A stretch of 64,000 nucleotides of DNA from Patescibacteria group bacterium (GCA_016176685.1 JACOWS010000003.1:10871-74870); one strand, 5' to 3'; numbered from the stretch's first letter, positions 1-9,412 are shown. Numbers and translations: made by a program. The notes: generated by a model not told the origin, from the letters alone.

Positions 1-121
1 CGGTATGCGTAAAAAGCATCAAAAACCAAGACGCGAGGGGCAGAAGGGACAGATAATCGACAAGCATTTTCCTATACACATAAGCAACGTCGCACCTGTC
101 CGGTCAGGAAAGAAAAAATAA
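1..121 (+). CDS. rplX: 50S ribosomal protein L24, C-terminal fragment (runs off the window start)
   Basis: Frame 2 translates to ...GQIIDKHFPIHISNVAPVRSGKKK*, which matches the L24 C-terminus. It sits directly upstream of rplE as in the conserved operon. Confidence 0.6.
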   Translation, partial: GMRKKHQKPRREGQKGQIIDKHFPIHISNVAPVRSGKKK

Positions 122-130
122 TCCATTTTT

Positions 131-676
131 ATGACAACTTCGCTTATACAAAAACAGCAAAAGACCGCATTTGATGCGCTCAAGAAAGACTCGGGGCTCA
201 CCAACCGCATGCAGACGCCACGGATAGAAAAGGTGGTGGTGTCTGTCGGCGTCGGCAAGATGGCAAAAGAGAAAGGCAGGATGGAGCTAGTGGCCGATCG
301 TCTGGGTAAAATCACCGGGCAAAAGCCAGTCCCTCGCGGCGCCAAAAAGTCTATCGCAACCTACAAAACCCGCTTGGGCGACACGGTTGGCTACCAGGTG
401 ACCCTGCGCGGCGTCCGCGCCGAGGACTTTCTCAATCGTTTGATACACATTGCGCTCCCGCGCACCAAAGACTTTAAGGGCGTTCCACTCGGCGCACTCG
501 ACGAGATGGGCAACTACACTCTTGGGATAAAAGAGCACACTGTTTTTGCCGAAACATCCGACGAAGAGCTTAAGGATGTGTTTGGCATGGCGGTCACCAT
601 AGTCACCACCGCCAAGGACAAAAAGATAGCGGAGTCATACCTGCGCCACCTCGGCCTGCCGTTTAAAAAGGCATAA
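131..676 (+). CDS. rplE: 50S ribosomal protein L5
   Basis: 181 aa ORF. L5-like sequence (KVVVSVGVG..., ...ALPRTKDFKGV...). Position in the L24-L5-S14-S8 order. Confidence 0.9.
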   Translation: MTTSLIQKQQKTAFDALKKDSGLTNRMQTPRIEKVVVSVGVGKMAKEKGRMELVADRLGKITGQKPVPRGAKKSIATYKTRLGDTVGYQVTLRGVRAEDFLNRLIHIALPRTKDFKGVPLGALDEMGNYTLGIKEHTVFAETSDEELKDVFGMAVTIVTTAKDKKIAESYLRHLGLPFKKA

Positions 677-763
677 GTGTCGGGCCGGCGAGGCCACGTT
701 GACTCTTAGGCCTATTTCGCGTATATTTTGGGCAGCCCGCAGGGGCGCATTTTTTCTGAAAGT

Positions 764-949
764 ATGGCAAAAAAGTCAACGGTAGCAAGGTCAAACCGTC
801 CGCCCAAGTTCGCTTCGCGGGTTGTTCGACGTTGTTTCCGTTGCGGGCGCAAGCGCGCCTTCATGCGTGACTTCGGCATGTGCCGCGCCTGCTTCAGAGA
901 GGCCGCAAACGAAGGGCTTATACCTGGCGTGCGCAAATCATCTTGGTAG
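764..949 (+). CDS. rpsZ: 30S ribosomal protein S14, zinc-binding type Z (61 aa)
   Basis: [16 protein letters not shown]...[23 protein letters not shown] has the CxxC...CxxC zinc-ribbon of S14 type Z. I chose the ATG at 764; the ORF-table start at 728 is upstream of the conserved N-terminus. Confidence 0.85.
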   Translation: MAKKSTVARSNRPPKFASRVVRRCFRCGRKRAFMRDFGMCRACFREAANEGLIPGVRKSSW

Positions 950-965
950 TTCAATTGCATTCACT

Positions 966-1352
966 ATGGTAACCGACCCTATAGCAGACTTTCTCACACG
1001 ACTCCAAAACGCTTTTAAGGCGGACAAGGAGTCTGTTGATATTCTAAACTCGGCAATAACCAGGGCGATTGCCGATGTGCTCCTGCGCGAAGGGTATATA
1101 GGAGAATCATCCAGAGACAAAAAAGGCAATACCTTTACCGTCGCACTTTCTTACAAAAGCGGCCGCCCGGCCATAGTCGGGGCCAAACGCATCTCCAAGC
1201 CGTCGCGCCGCGTGTACCTCGGGGTCCGGGATATCAAGCCGGTAAAAAGCGGCCACGGGCTTTTGGTGCTCTCAACCCCCGACGGCATACTGACCGGCAA
1301 AGAGGCAAGGCAAAAGCGTATCGGCGGCGAGGCCCTGTTTGAAATCTGGTAG
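966..1352 (+). CDS. rpsH: 30S ribosomal protein S8
   Basis: MVTDPIADFLTRLQNA... is the S8 N-terminal signature. ATG at 966. The longer table ORF from 822 overlaps rpsZ and is out of register with homologs. Confidence 0.9.
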   Translation: MVTDPIADFLTRLQNAFKADKESVDILNSAITRAIADVLLREGYIGESSRDKKGNTFTVALSYKSGRPAIVGAKRISKPSRRVYLGVRDIKPVKSGHGLLVLSTPDGILTGKEARQKRIGGEALFEIW

Positions 1353-1374
1353 CCAACGACGAAAAAACAAAAAC

Positions 1375-1908
1375 ATGAGTAGACTAGCAAAACAACCGAT
1401 CGCTATCCCAGCCAAAACAGAGGTGTCTGTTTCTGGAGGTATGGTGAGTGTCAAGGGCCCCAAGGGGACGCTCACGCGCCCAACCCACCGCCTGGTTACT
1501 GTTGCGATAGGCACTGATGGCGTCCAGATTTCTTCCACAAATTTTTCAAAAGAGGGACGATCGCTCCTGGGCAGCTATGCATCGCATGTACGCAACATGG
1601 TAGAGGGTGTCAGCCGGGGCTTTACCAAGCGGCTCTCTATAGAGGGCGTCGGATTTAAGTGGGATGTGTCCGGCAAAAAACTCAACTTGTCTCTCGGTTT
1701 TTCTCACCCGGTTACACTACCTATCCCGGAAGGGCTCACGGTCACGGCTGAAAAGGGCGCACTCATGGTGTCCGGTTTTGACAAAGAGCTGGTAGGACAG
1801 TTTGCGGCAAATGTCCGCGCGCTGAAAAAGCCGGAACCTTACAAAGGCAAAGGCATCCGGTATGAGGGCGAGGTGGTCCGCCGCAAGCAGGGCAAGAAAG
1901 CCGCATAA
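1375..1908 (+). CDS. rplF: 50S ribosomal protein L6
   Basis: MSRLAKQPIAIPAKTEV...GKGIRYEGE matches L6. ATG at 1375. Confidence 0.9.
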   Translation: MSRLAKQPIAIPAKTEVSVSGGMVSVKGPKGTLTRPTHRLVTVAIGTDGVQISSTNFSKEGRSLLGSYASHVRNMVEGVSRGFTKRLSIEGVGFKWDVSGKKLNLSLGFSHPVTLPIPEGLTVTAEKGALMVSGFDKELVGQFAANVRALKKPEPYKGKGIRYEGEVVRRKQGKKAA

Positions 1909-1912
1909 TTAT

Positions 1913-2269
1913 ATGATCGAACGCTCAAAAATAAAACAAATAGTTAGAGCTCGCCGGCACGCACGCATCCGAACGCGCGTCATTGGCAGTGCGCCGCGCC
2001 CGCGCTTGGCGGTGTACAAGTCAAACCGCTACCTCCATGCGCAGATAATCGACGACGCACAAGGTAAAACTTTGGTCTCTGGTAGTACCAAAACTATCGC
2101 CGCCGGAAAAAAGAAGATGGACGCTGCAGAGCTACTAGGCGCGGCGCTCGCCAAACAGGCACTTGCCGCGGGGATCACCGCGGTGGTATTCGACCGCGGA
2201 GGTTTCCGCTATACTGGCCGCGTTGCGATGCTAGCCGCATCGGCGCGCAAAGCAGGGCTCACTTTTTAA
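1913..2269 (+). CDS. rplR: 50S ribosomal protein L18
   Basis: MIERSKIKQIVRARRHARIR...VFDRGGFRYTGRV matches L18. ATG at 1913. Confidence 0.85.
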   Translation: MIERSKIKQIVRARRHARIRTRVIGSAPRPRLAVYKSNRYLHAQIIDDAQGKTLVSGSTKTIAAGKKKMDAAELLGAALAKQALAAGITAVVFDRGGFRYTGRVAMLAASARKAGLTF

Positions 2270-2272
2270 ATT

Positions 2273-2908
2273 ATGACCGACCCTACCGTACAAAAAGAAG
2301 CTGAAGAGACGCAAAACGACACGGTCACCGCGGTGCCTGCTGACACTGCCGCAGTCGCAAGCACCGGTGCCACCCCGGGAAAAGAGCGCTCGCAAGCTCC
2401 TAGAGGTCGCCGCGGTGGAGCCGGTACAGGCGGCGGCCGTCGAGGACGTCCGTCATCTGCTCGTTCGCGTCAACCAAGAAGCGAGTTTGAGCAGCACCTT
2501 ATAAGCATCCGTCGAGTATCGCGCGTGGTTGCAGGAGGCCGCCGTTTTTCCTTTAGCGTATCTATCATCATCGGCAACAAAAAGGGCAGGGTGGGGGTTG
2601 GCGTAGGCAAAGCCGGCGACACGACGCTTGCCATAGACAAAGCAGCGCGTGCCGCCAAGAAGCATCTCATCACCGTTCGCTTAACAAAGGAAAACACCAT
2701 TGCGCACGAGGTGGCGGCAAAGTTTTGCGCCTCTCGTGTGTCTCTTATGCCGGCTCCTGGCCGCGGGCTGGTTGCCGGGTCTTCCGTCCGTCCTGTTTTG
2801 GAGCTTGCCGGCATTACCAACATCGTCGCCAAGATTAACTCCGGGAGCAAAAACGGTCTTAACAACGCCCGTGCCGCGGTCTCTGCGCTCCAGGCACTCA
2901 AAGCATAG
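2273..2908 (+). CDS. rpsE: 30S ribosomal protein S5 with ~65 aa Gly/Arg-rich N-terminal extension
   Basis: The core ...RVSRVVAGGRRFSFSV...GKKGRVGVGVGKAGD... matches S5. The N-terminus is low-complexity (RGRRGGAGTGGGRRGRP). Confidence 0.9.
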   Translation: MTDPTVQKEAEETQNDTVTAVPADTAAVASTGATPGKERSQAPRGRRGGAGTGGGRRGRPSSARSRQPRSEFEQHLISIRRVSRVVAGGRRFSFSVSIIIGNKKGRVGVGVGKAGDTTLAIDKAARAAKKHLITVRLTKENTIAHEVAAKFCASRVSLMPAPGRGLVAGSSVRPVLELAGITNIVAKINSGSKNGLNNARAAVSALQALKA

Positions 2909-2910
2909 TT

Positions 2911-3333
2911 ATGCAACTTAACACTTTACAACGAGTTTCCGCTCGAACATACGAAAAAAGGGTTGGCCGTGGCGGCAAGCGCGGCAAGACTTCCGGTCGC
3001 GGCACTAAAGGGCAAAAGGCCCGCGCCGGACACCGCATCATGCCGGCAATACGCGAGGTGCTTAAAAAACTTCCCAAACGTCGCGGGTATCGTTTTAAAA
3101 GTATAGAAGACAAGCCAAACGTCGTAAATGTTGCCATGCTTGAGAGATATTTTTCTGCAGGTGACACGGTAGATATGGCGATACTTGCCGAGCGTGGGCT
3201 CGTACGTAGTAATGCGCGCACGATTAAGGTGCTTGGCGATGGGGTGCTTACTAAAAAGCTTTCTATCTCCGGATGCGGTGTTTCTGCCGCGGCGCGCGCA
3301 AAAATAGAGCAGGCGGGCGGTTCCGTACAATAA
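2911..3333 (+). CDS. rplO: 50S ribosomal protein L15
   Basis: ...RVGRGGKRGKTSGRGTKGQKARAG... matches L15. It follows rpsE after 2 nt, so no L30 gene intervenes. Confidence 0.85.
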   Translation: MQLNTLQRVSARTYEKRVGRGGKRGKTSGRGTKGQKARAGHRIMPAIREVLKKLPKRRGYRFKSIEDKPNVVNVAMLERYFSAGDTVDMAILAERGLVRSNARTIKVLGDGVLTKKLSISGCGVSAAARAKIEQAGGSVQ

Positions 3334-3334
3334 T

Positions 3335-4606
3335 ATGGGTGCCTTTGCACAAAAGCTAACTCTACTACTTTCCGACTCGGCACTGCGCAACCGGCTTTTG
3401 TTTGTGGCGGGTGCGCTCGCGGTGTTTCGCGTCCTTGCGTCCATTCCTATCCCCGGTATCAACGTCGCGCAGCTCCAACTGTTTCTCAACAACAATCAAT
3501 TTTTCGGCCTCCTCAACCTCTTTTCGGGCGGCGGGCTTTCCAACCTTTCCATAGTGATGCTTGGCGTGGGCCCATACATTACCGCCTCTATCATCATGCA
3601 GCTCATGACCATGATGATTCCGCGCATAAAGCAGATGTATCAAGAAGAGGGCGAGGCCGGCCGCGCAAAATTTGCGCAATACTCCCGCTACCTGACACTC
3701 CCCATTGCGCTGGTGCAGGGCTCCAGCTTCTTGCTTATACTAGAGCGCCAGGGTGTCTTTCCGTCTCTTACCCCGCTACAGTTTGGCATTAGTCTGCTTG
3801 TCATAACCGCCGGCTCGATGCTACTCATGTGGATCGGAGAGCTCATATCGGAGTTTGGTCTCGGCAACGGGGTGTCGGTGGTTATTTTTGCCGGCATTGT
3901 AGCGAGCTTGCCGCAGACCATAAGCCAGACCCTGTTTACCTTCGACCCGACACAGATACCCCTGTATGTCGGGTTTATCGTTGCAACGGTGGCAGTCACA
4001 GCCGCAGTGGTAGCACTTACCGAGGCCGAGCGCCCGGTGCCGGTGACCTATGCCAAGCGGGTGCGTGGCATGAAGTTTTTTGGCGGCTCCTCGACCTACC
4101 TGCCGCTGAGGCTCAACCAGGCGGGCGTTATACCCATCATCTTCGCGCTCTCCTTGCTCCTTATACCGCAGATGTTTGCAAGTTTTTTTGCCGCGTCACA
4201 GTACGTTTTGCTTGCCGCTGTCTCGGGCGCGATACTAAGCAGTTTCCAAAACCTCCTGTTTTACGGAGCGCTTTACTTTATATTTGTGTTCTTCTTTACC
4301 TACTTTTACACTGCCGTCACCTTCGACCCGCACCTTATTTCCGAAAACCTGCAAAAAAGCGGCGCCTTTATACCCGGTGTCCGGCCCGGAGTTTCGACCT
4401 CGGAGTATCTCGGCAACATCATAACCCGCATCACCTTTGTCGGCGCGCTCTTTTTGGGGATCATTGCGGTACTACCTATTGCGATGCAGCAAATAACCGG
4501 CATACAATCGCTCACCTTGGGCGGCACGGCGCTTCTCATCGTCGTTTCCGTAGTGCTTGACCTCGCGCGCCGCATTGACGCGCAAATCTCAATACGCGAG
4601 TATTAA
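3335..4606 (+). CDS. secY: preprotein translocase subunit SecY
   Basis: 423 aa polytopic membrane protein. SecY-like motifs. Operon position after rplO. Confidence 0.9.
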   Translation: MGAFAQKLTLLLSDSALRNRLLFVAGALAVFRVLASIPIPGINVAQLQLFLNNNQFFGLLNLFSGGGLSNLSIVMLGVGPYITASIIMQLMTMMIPRIKQMYQEEGEAGRAKFAQYSRYLTLPIALVQGSSFLLILERQGVFPSLTPLQFGISLLVITAGSMLLMWIGELISEFGLGNGVSVVIFAGIVASLPQTISQTLFTFDPTQIPLYVGFIVATVAVTAAVVALTEAERPVPVTYAKRVRGMKFFGGSSTYLPLRLNQAGVIPIIFALSLLLIPQMFASFFAASQYVLLAAVSGAILSSFQNLLFYGALYFIFVFFFTYFYTAVTFDPHLISENLQKSGAFIPGVRPGVSTSEYLGNIITRITFVGALFLGIIAVLPIAMQQITGIQSLTLGGTALLIVVSVVLDLARRIDAQISIREY

Positions 4607-4610
4607 GGCA

Positions 4611-5183
4611 ATGGGTAAAAATACGTTTTTAATGATGGGCCGGCCGGGGGCGGGGAAGGGGACTCAAGCGCAATTACTTGCGGAGAAGGTAGGAGCTGGA
4701 ATGTACTCGACCGGCGAACGATGCCGGGCATTTGCCGCGGAGGGCACCTACTTTGGGGGGCTGGTTAAAAAGGTTATCGATGCCGGCGACCTTATGCCGG
4801 AATGGTTTTCTATTTATCTGTTCGAGGACAAAATGATACGCTTGGAGCCCGGTGATGCGGTCGTGTTTGAGGGCGCGGGGCGTAAACTGCTCGAAGCGCA
4901 GCGCTTCCACGACACACTCAGCTGGATAAAACGTCCCTACACTGTGGTGTACCTTGATGCCAAGGAGGAGGTCCTGCGCGAAAGACTGCTTAAGCGGGCT
5001 CGGGAGCAGGGTCGGGCCGACGATGCCGCCAAGGCGATCGAACTGCGTTTTAAACGGTTCAAAGAGTTTACTGAACCCTCTATAGAATTTTTCCGGTCGC
5101 AAGATGTCGTTATCGATATAAACGCCGATCAACCTGTTGAGCGTGTATACCAGGAAATTCTTTCCAAGCTCGGGCTGTCATGA
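4611..5183 (+). CDS. adk: adenylate kinase
   Basis: MGKNTFLMMGRPGAGKGTQAQLLAEK carries the P-loop. ATG at 4611. Position after secY. Confidence 0.85.
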   Translation: MGKNTFLMMGRPGAGKGTQAQLLAEKVGAGMYSTGERCRAFAAEGTYFGGLVKKVIDAGDLMPEWFSIYLFEDKMIRLEPGDAVVFEGAGRKLLEAQRFHDTLSWIKRPYTVVYLDAKEEVLRERLLKRAREQGRADDAAKAIELRFKRFKEFTEPSIEFFRSQDVVIDINADQPVERVYQEILSKLGLS

Positions 5184-5941
5184 TCGCAAAAACACCAAAA
5201 GATATAGAAACATTGCGCGAGGCGGGGAAGCGCATGGCAGAGGTGGTTGCGGAGGTGCTGGCGCACGTGAGGCCGGGAGTGCCGTCGATGGAGTTGGAGC
5301 GCGCGGCGCGCGCGGCGACCGCGCGCGTAGGCGCGGTACCCTCTTACCTTGGTTTTGCCAGCGAGCATGGAGGCCCGGCATACCCCGCCGCGCTGTGTGT
5401 CTCTGTCAATCAGGAGATTGCGCACAGCCCGCCGACACCAAAAAAAATACTCAAAGCAGGAGACGTGGCATCGCTAGATTTTGGCCTTTCCTACCGGGGC
5501 TACTTTATGGACACGGCCTATACCTGCGCGGTAGGGTCGGTTGATTCAAAGGCAAAAAATTTGATAGACGGCACCAAGGAGGCGCTCATGGCGGCAATTG
5601 CCGCTGCGCAATGCAAAGGACACGTAGGCGACATCGGCGCCGCCGTACAGGCTGTGGCGCGGCGCTATGGCTTGGGTGTGGTAAAAGACCTGCGCGGCCA
5701 CGGCGTTGGAGGGGCGGTGCACGAACTCCCGAATGTACCAAACTTCGGCAAGGCGGGAACAGGCGAGGAGTTGGTAGAGGGCATGGTGCTGGCACTCGAG
5801 CCCATTTTTGCGGAAAGGTCCGGAGCGCTTGTTGACAGTGGCGACGGCTTTACTTTTGTGACAAAAGACGGCTCGCGCGCCGCGCATTTTGAGCACACTA
5901 TTTTGATAACGGTAGATGGGCCGGAAATTTTAACTGCCTAG
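5180..5941 (+). CDS. map: type I methionine aminopeptidase
   Basis: 253 aa. MAP-like metal-ligand region (DFGLSYRGYFMDTAYT..., HG.GG..HE). Overlaps the adk stop by 4 nt. Confidence 0.9.
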   Translation: MIAKTPKDIETLREAGKRMAEVVAEVLAHVRPGVPSMELERAARAATARVGAVPSYLGFASEHGGPAYPAALCVSVNQEIAHSPPTPKKILKAGDVASLDFGLSYRGYFMDTAYTCAVGSVDSKAKNLIDGTKEALMAAIAAAQCKGHVGDIGAAVQAVARRYGLGVVKDLRGHGVGGAVHELPNVPNFGKAGTGEELVEGMVLALEPIFAERSGALVDSGDGFTFVTKDGSRAAHFEHTILITVDGPEILTA

Positions 5942-5984
5942 CGAGTATATTGCGAGAGTCTATCGTATGTTGTAAAGTGCGTGC

Positions 5985-6572
5985 ATGAAAAGTCCGAAAG
6001 AGGAGCGAACATTCGTGATTATTAAGCCAGACGGCGTGCGCAAGGGTCTGGTGGGGGAGATACTAAAGCGTTTTGAGCAGCGCGACATGAAGATAGTTGC
6101 GCTTGAGATGTTTGTCGCGACGCGCGGCGAGATGGACAGCCACTATCCTAAAGAAGATGCGTGGATCCGTCGCTTGGGAGAAAAGACGATGGCAACCTAC
6201 GTCAAGTATGGCTACGACATCAAGCGCGACTTTGGCACCGGCGACCTTGTGCGGGTGGGCAAGGTGGTGCGCGGGTGGCTCTTGGACTATATGTCCTCCG
6301 CCCCGATGGTAAAAATGGTGGTGCAAGGCGTGCATGCGGTGGACATGGTGAGGAAGATTGTGGGCCCGACGATGCCGTACCTGGCGGAGATGGGCACTAT
6401 ACGCGGCGACTTTTCAGCCGATTCGCCGACCAACGCCAACGCCGAGCGACGGGCTGTGTATAACCTGGTACATGCATCGGAAACCCCGGAGGAAGCAAAG
6501 CACGAAATAGAGCACTGGTTTGGTAAAAAGGGCGCTATTTTTAAGTACAAACGTTTTGGGATTGACGAGTAG
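5985..6572 (+). CDS. ndk: nucleoside diphosphate kinase (long form with insertions)
   Basis: ERTFVIIKPDGVRKGLVGEILKRFEQ... is the NDK N-terminal signature. At 195 aa it is longer than canonical NDK. Confidence 0.75.
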   Translation: MKSPKEERTFVIIKPDGVRKGLVGEILKRFEQRDMKIVALEMFVATRGEMDSHYPKEDAWIRRLGEKTMATYVKYGYDIKRDFGTGDLVRVGKVVRGWLLDYMSSAPMVKMVVQGVHAVDMVRKIVGPTMPYLAEMGTIRGDFSADSPTNANAERRAVYNLVHASETPEEAKHEIEHWFGKKGAIFKYKRFGIDE

Positions 6573-6655
6573 CCCTTGCGCTTTAGGGAGGAGGTGTATA
6601 ATAAAAAAGGACTTTGGAGGCAATGTCCTTAAACATTGCATCGGGAGCTTAGAGT

Positions 6656-6757
6656 TATGTAGTGCCTTGGTACTACATACAGAGCACCCACCTGGCATAG
6701 CCAGGACACGCTTCCCAAGTCCTACAAAAAATTCCACACATAGGTGTGGAATTTTTT
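6656..6757 (+). promoter_or_regulatory. structured leader region: three consecutive stem-loops (6656-6679, 6691-6705, 6726-6757) ending 13 nt before the RNase J-like start codon
   Basis: Direct reading. TATGTAGT/ACTACATA stem with 8-nt loop. CCTGGC-ATA-GCCAGG. AAAAAATTCCACAC-ATAG-GTGTGGAATTTTTT, a perfect 14-bp arm pair flanked by A6/T6. Confidence 0.5.
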
Positions 6758-6770
6758 GTACAATAGAGAG

Positions 6771-8183
6771 ATGCAATCAACATTACAATTTTATGGCGGT
6801 ACGGGTACGGTCACTGGCTCCAATTTTTTACTTGAGACCGAGAGCCCCTCGACTTCCTTCGATAAGACTCAGGATAAACCGCTCGGGTCGACCAGGATAA
6901 GGATCCTGGTCGACTGCGGCCTCATCCAAGGCAAGCACACGGCCGAGCTCGACAACTGGGCGGCGTTTCCCTACGAGCCCGCTTCCGTACAGTATCTGGT
7001 GGTAACGCATGCACACATAGACCACATCGGGCGCATCCCCAAACTGGTAAAGGAAGGTTTTAGGGGAAAGATTATTTCAACTGAGGCAACCAAGTCTCTT
7101 GTCGAGCCGCTCTTGTTAGACAGTATGGAGCTCTTGGCGCATGACGCGCGCAAGCATGGCCGTCTGCCACTATACGACACAGGCGACATTGCCAACGCCA
7201 TGGGCTTGTGGGAGAGCGTCGCCTATCACCGTAAAGTTGCGTTGCCGGGAGATTTTGTGCTTGAGTTTTACGATGCGGGGCATATTTTAGGGTCGGCCAT
7301 GGCCGTGTTTACCCGAGAGGGGAAGAGTATCGCTTTTACCGGTGACCTCGGCGGCGGCAACTCGCCGCTCTTGCCGCCGGTTGAAGATATCCCGCACGTT
7401 GACTACCTGGTTATGGAAAGCGTCTATGGCGACCGTGTGCGCAGTGCCGACCAAAATCGCCGCGACACACTGGAGAATGTCATAGAAGATACCGCCGCGC
7501 GCAAGGGAGCACTCCTTATCCCGGCTTTTTCAACCGAAAGAACTCAAGATCTGTTGTTTGAGATCCGCACGCTTATGGTGGAGAAGCGTATTCCTTCTAT
7601 GCCGGTCTATGCCGACTCGCCGCTTGCACAAAAAATCACCGCAAGCTACCTCGCACACCCGGAGTACTTTGCGCCGGCAATTCGCGTCCGTCTGGAAGCG
7701 GGAGAAAACATTTTTGCTTTCCCCGAGTTGCGGTTTGTGGAAAGTGCGGAAGAGTCGCGCGGTATACAGAGCACAAAAGGCCCGATGATAATCATCGCCG
7801 GTTCTGGGATGAGCAATGGCGGACGCGTGCACAGCCACGAAAAAAACATACTCCCAGACAAACACTCGACCTTGCTTATAGTCGGCTACCAGGCGGCAGG
7901 GAGCCTGGGGCGGCGCTTGGCGGAAGGCGACAAAAACGTGCGCATTATGGGCCAACAAACCCCGGTGCGTTGCCGTGTGGAAGCGATATACGGCTACTCG
8001 GCGCACATGGACAGTCAGGAGCTTTTGGAGTTTGTAAACAAGACAATGGGCAAACTTAAAGAGGTGTTTGTGGTGATGGGAGAGCCGGCATCATCGAGCT
8101 TTTTAGCCCAACGCATTCGCGACTACCTCGGCACCAAAGCAACGGTGCCGGAGATAGGCAGCACCGTCACTCTTAATGTGTAG
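6771..8183 (+). CDS. MBL-fold / beta-CASP metallo-hydrolase, RNase J-like RNA-processing nuclease
   Basis: HxHxDH motif (VVTHAHIDHIGRIP) and later metallo-beta-lactamase motifs. ~470 aa. ATG at 6771. Confidence 0.65.
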   Translation: MQSTLQFYGGTGTVTGSNFLLETESPSTSFDKTQDKPLGSTRIRILVDCGLIQGKHTAELDNWAAFPYEPASVQYLVVTHAHIDHIGRIPKLVKEGFRGKIISTEATKSLVEPLLLDSMELLAHDARKHGRLPLYDTGDIANAMGLWESVAYHRKVALPGDFVLEFYDAGHILGSAMAVFTREGKSIAFTGDLGGGNSPLLPPVEDIPHVDYLVMESVYGDRVRSADQNRRDTLENVIEDTAARKGALLIPAFSTERTQDLLFEIRTLMVEKRIPSMPVYADSPLAQKITASYLAHPEYFAPAIRVRLEAGENIFAFPELRFVESAEESRGIQSTKGPMIIIAGSGMSNGGRVHSHEKNILPDKHSTLLIVGYQAAGSLGRRLAEGDKNVRIMGQQTPVRCRVEAIYGYSAHMDSQELLEFVNKTMGKLKEVFVVMGEPASSSFLAQRIRDYLGTKATVPEIGSTVTLNV

Positions 8184-8197
8184 TAACATAGAAACAA

Positions 8198-8800
8198 ATG
8201 GATCTTAAGCACGAGCACTTGCGGTTAAAGTTTTCTGTTTCTGGCGCGGCTGAAACCGGCCACTGCGGTGTTGATGCCTACGACAAAGGTCTTGCACTGG
8301 GGCGCGAAATTGCCAAGTACGGCGCGATATTGATAACCGGCGCGACCACCGGCTTCCCATTGTGGGCGGCTATGGGCGCCAAAGAAGTTGATGGGTTTGT
8401 GCTTGGCTTTTCTCCCGCCTCGACCGAGAAGGAACATATTGAAACGTTTAACCTGCCTGTGGAGTATCATGACATCATCGTCTACACCGGCTTTGGGTAC
8501 CCGGGACGCGACCTTATTTTGACCCGCTCATCAGACGCGGTGTTCTTTGGTTGTGGCCGCATCGGCACGATACACGAGTTTACCATCTCTTTTGAGGACC
8601 AAAAGCCCATAGGTATTTACGAGGCCGACTGGGGGACCGACGAGGTTATTAAGTCTATTTTGCAAAATGGGCATCGCACAAACGACCGCATTGCGTTTGA
8701 CACCGACCCCAAAAAGCTCGTACAGCGGGTGGCAGACCTGGTACACAAAGACAAAATAAACCGCGCCTCCTTCCGCTTTGCTCCAACCGATGAAGCATAA
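8198..8800 (+). CDS. LOG/SLOG-like Rossmann-fold protein (TIGR00725-like), function unknown
   Basis: GAILITGATTGFPLWAAMGAKEVDGFVLGFSP pattern typical of the LOG / TIGR00725 family. Weak, motif-level only. Confidence 0.45.
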   Translation: MDLKHEHLRLKFSVSGAAETGHCGVDAYDKGLALGREIAKYGAILITGATTGFPLWAAMGAKEVDGFVLGFSPASTEKEHIETFNLPVEYHDIIVYTGFGYPGRDLILTRSSDAVFFGCGRIGTIHEFTISFEDQKPIGIYEADWGTDEVIKSILQNGHRTNDRIAFDTDPKKLVQRVADLVHKDKINRASFRFAPTDEA

Positions 8801-8837
8801 AAAAGCAGAGAAGGTTCGACCTTGAAGAGCCCTGGTG

Positions 8838-9191
8838 TTAAGGTAGAACCTTGGAGACTAGGCGCGCGAAACTTTCGGGGTTTTGTTCGGCAAGTGCAGA
8901 AAGCATTTTGCGGTTTACTTTGATATTTTTCTTGTTGAGCGTGCCGATAAAGCGGCTGTAGGTGAGACCCGCGTCTATGCTGCGCAGGCCCGCGTTGAGC
9001 CGTACATTCCATAAGCGGCGAAAGTCGTTTTTCTTGTCGCGGCGGTGGGCAAATGCATACTTGCCCGCGTGTACGATGGCTTCCTTAGCGGCGCGCTCTT
9101 TTTTGGAACGGGCAAAACGGTACCCTTTAACCTGGCTCAATACATTGCGCCGGCGTTTTGCGCTGGTTTTGCCTCCTTTTACTCGTGCCAT
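8838..9191 (-). CDS. rplT: 50S ribosomal protein L20
   Basis: MARVKGGKTSAKRRRNVLSQVKGYRFARSK... matches L20. Confidence 0.9.
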   Translation of the reverse strand: MARVKGGKTSAKRRRNVLSQVKGYRFARSKKERAAKEAIVHAGKYAFAHRRDKKNDFRRLWNVRLNAGLRSIDAGLTYSRFIGTLNKKNIKVNRKMLSALAEQNPESFARLVSKVLP

Positions 9192-9203
9192 ATAGTAGGT
9201 GTG

Positions 9204-9404
9204 TTAATTACGCGAAGGGGATGCGGTAGTAATGTAGCGCTGGGAAACTTTTTTAGTCAACACGATGTTTTGCGAGCGGCGGCGGGCCATCTGGGAGCCG
9301 CGCGACTCCTTTGCATTAAAGTGGTTTTGCCCCGGCTTGCGCGCGACCACCTTCCCGCGGCGCGTTATTTTTAGTCTTTTGGTAAATGATTTATTGGTTT
9401 TCAT
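9204..9404 (-). CDS. rpmI: 50S ribosomal protein L35
   Basis: MKTNKSFTKRLKITRRGKVVARKPGQNHF... matches L35. Lies between infC and rplT. Confidence 0.8.
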   Translation of the reverse strand: MKTNKSFTKRLKITRRGKVVARKPGQNHFNAKESRGSQMARRRSQNIVLTKKVSQRYITTASPSRN

Positions 9405-9412
9405 ACGAATTC

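Noticed and set aside
19-345. 108-aa minus-strand ORF
   Set aside because: Antisense to rplX/rplE. Composition is not protein-like and the ribosomal genes fully explain the region.
822-965. Upstream extension of the rpsH ORF from the ATG at 822
   Set aside because: Overlaps rpsZ in another frame. The S8 homology begins at the MVTDPIADF Met at 966.
3829-4560. 243-aa plus-strand ORF in an alternative frame of secY
   Set aside because: Arg/Cys/His-rich translation typical of an off-frame read through a GC-rich gene. SecY explains the region.
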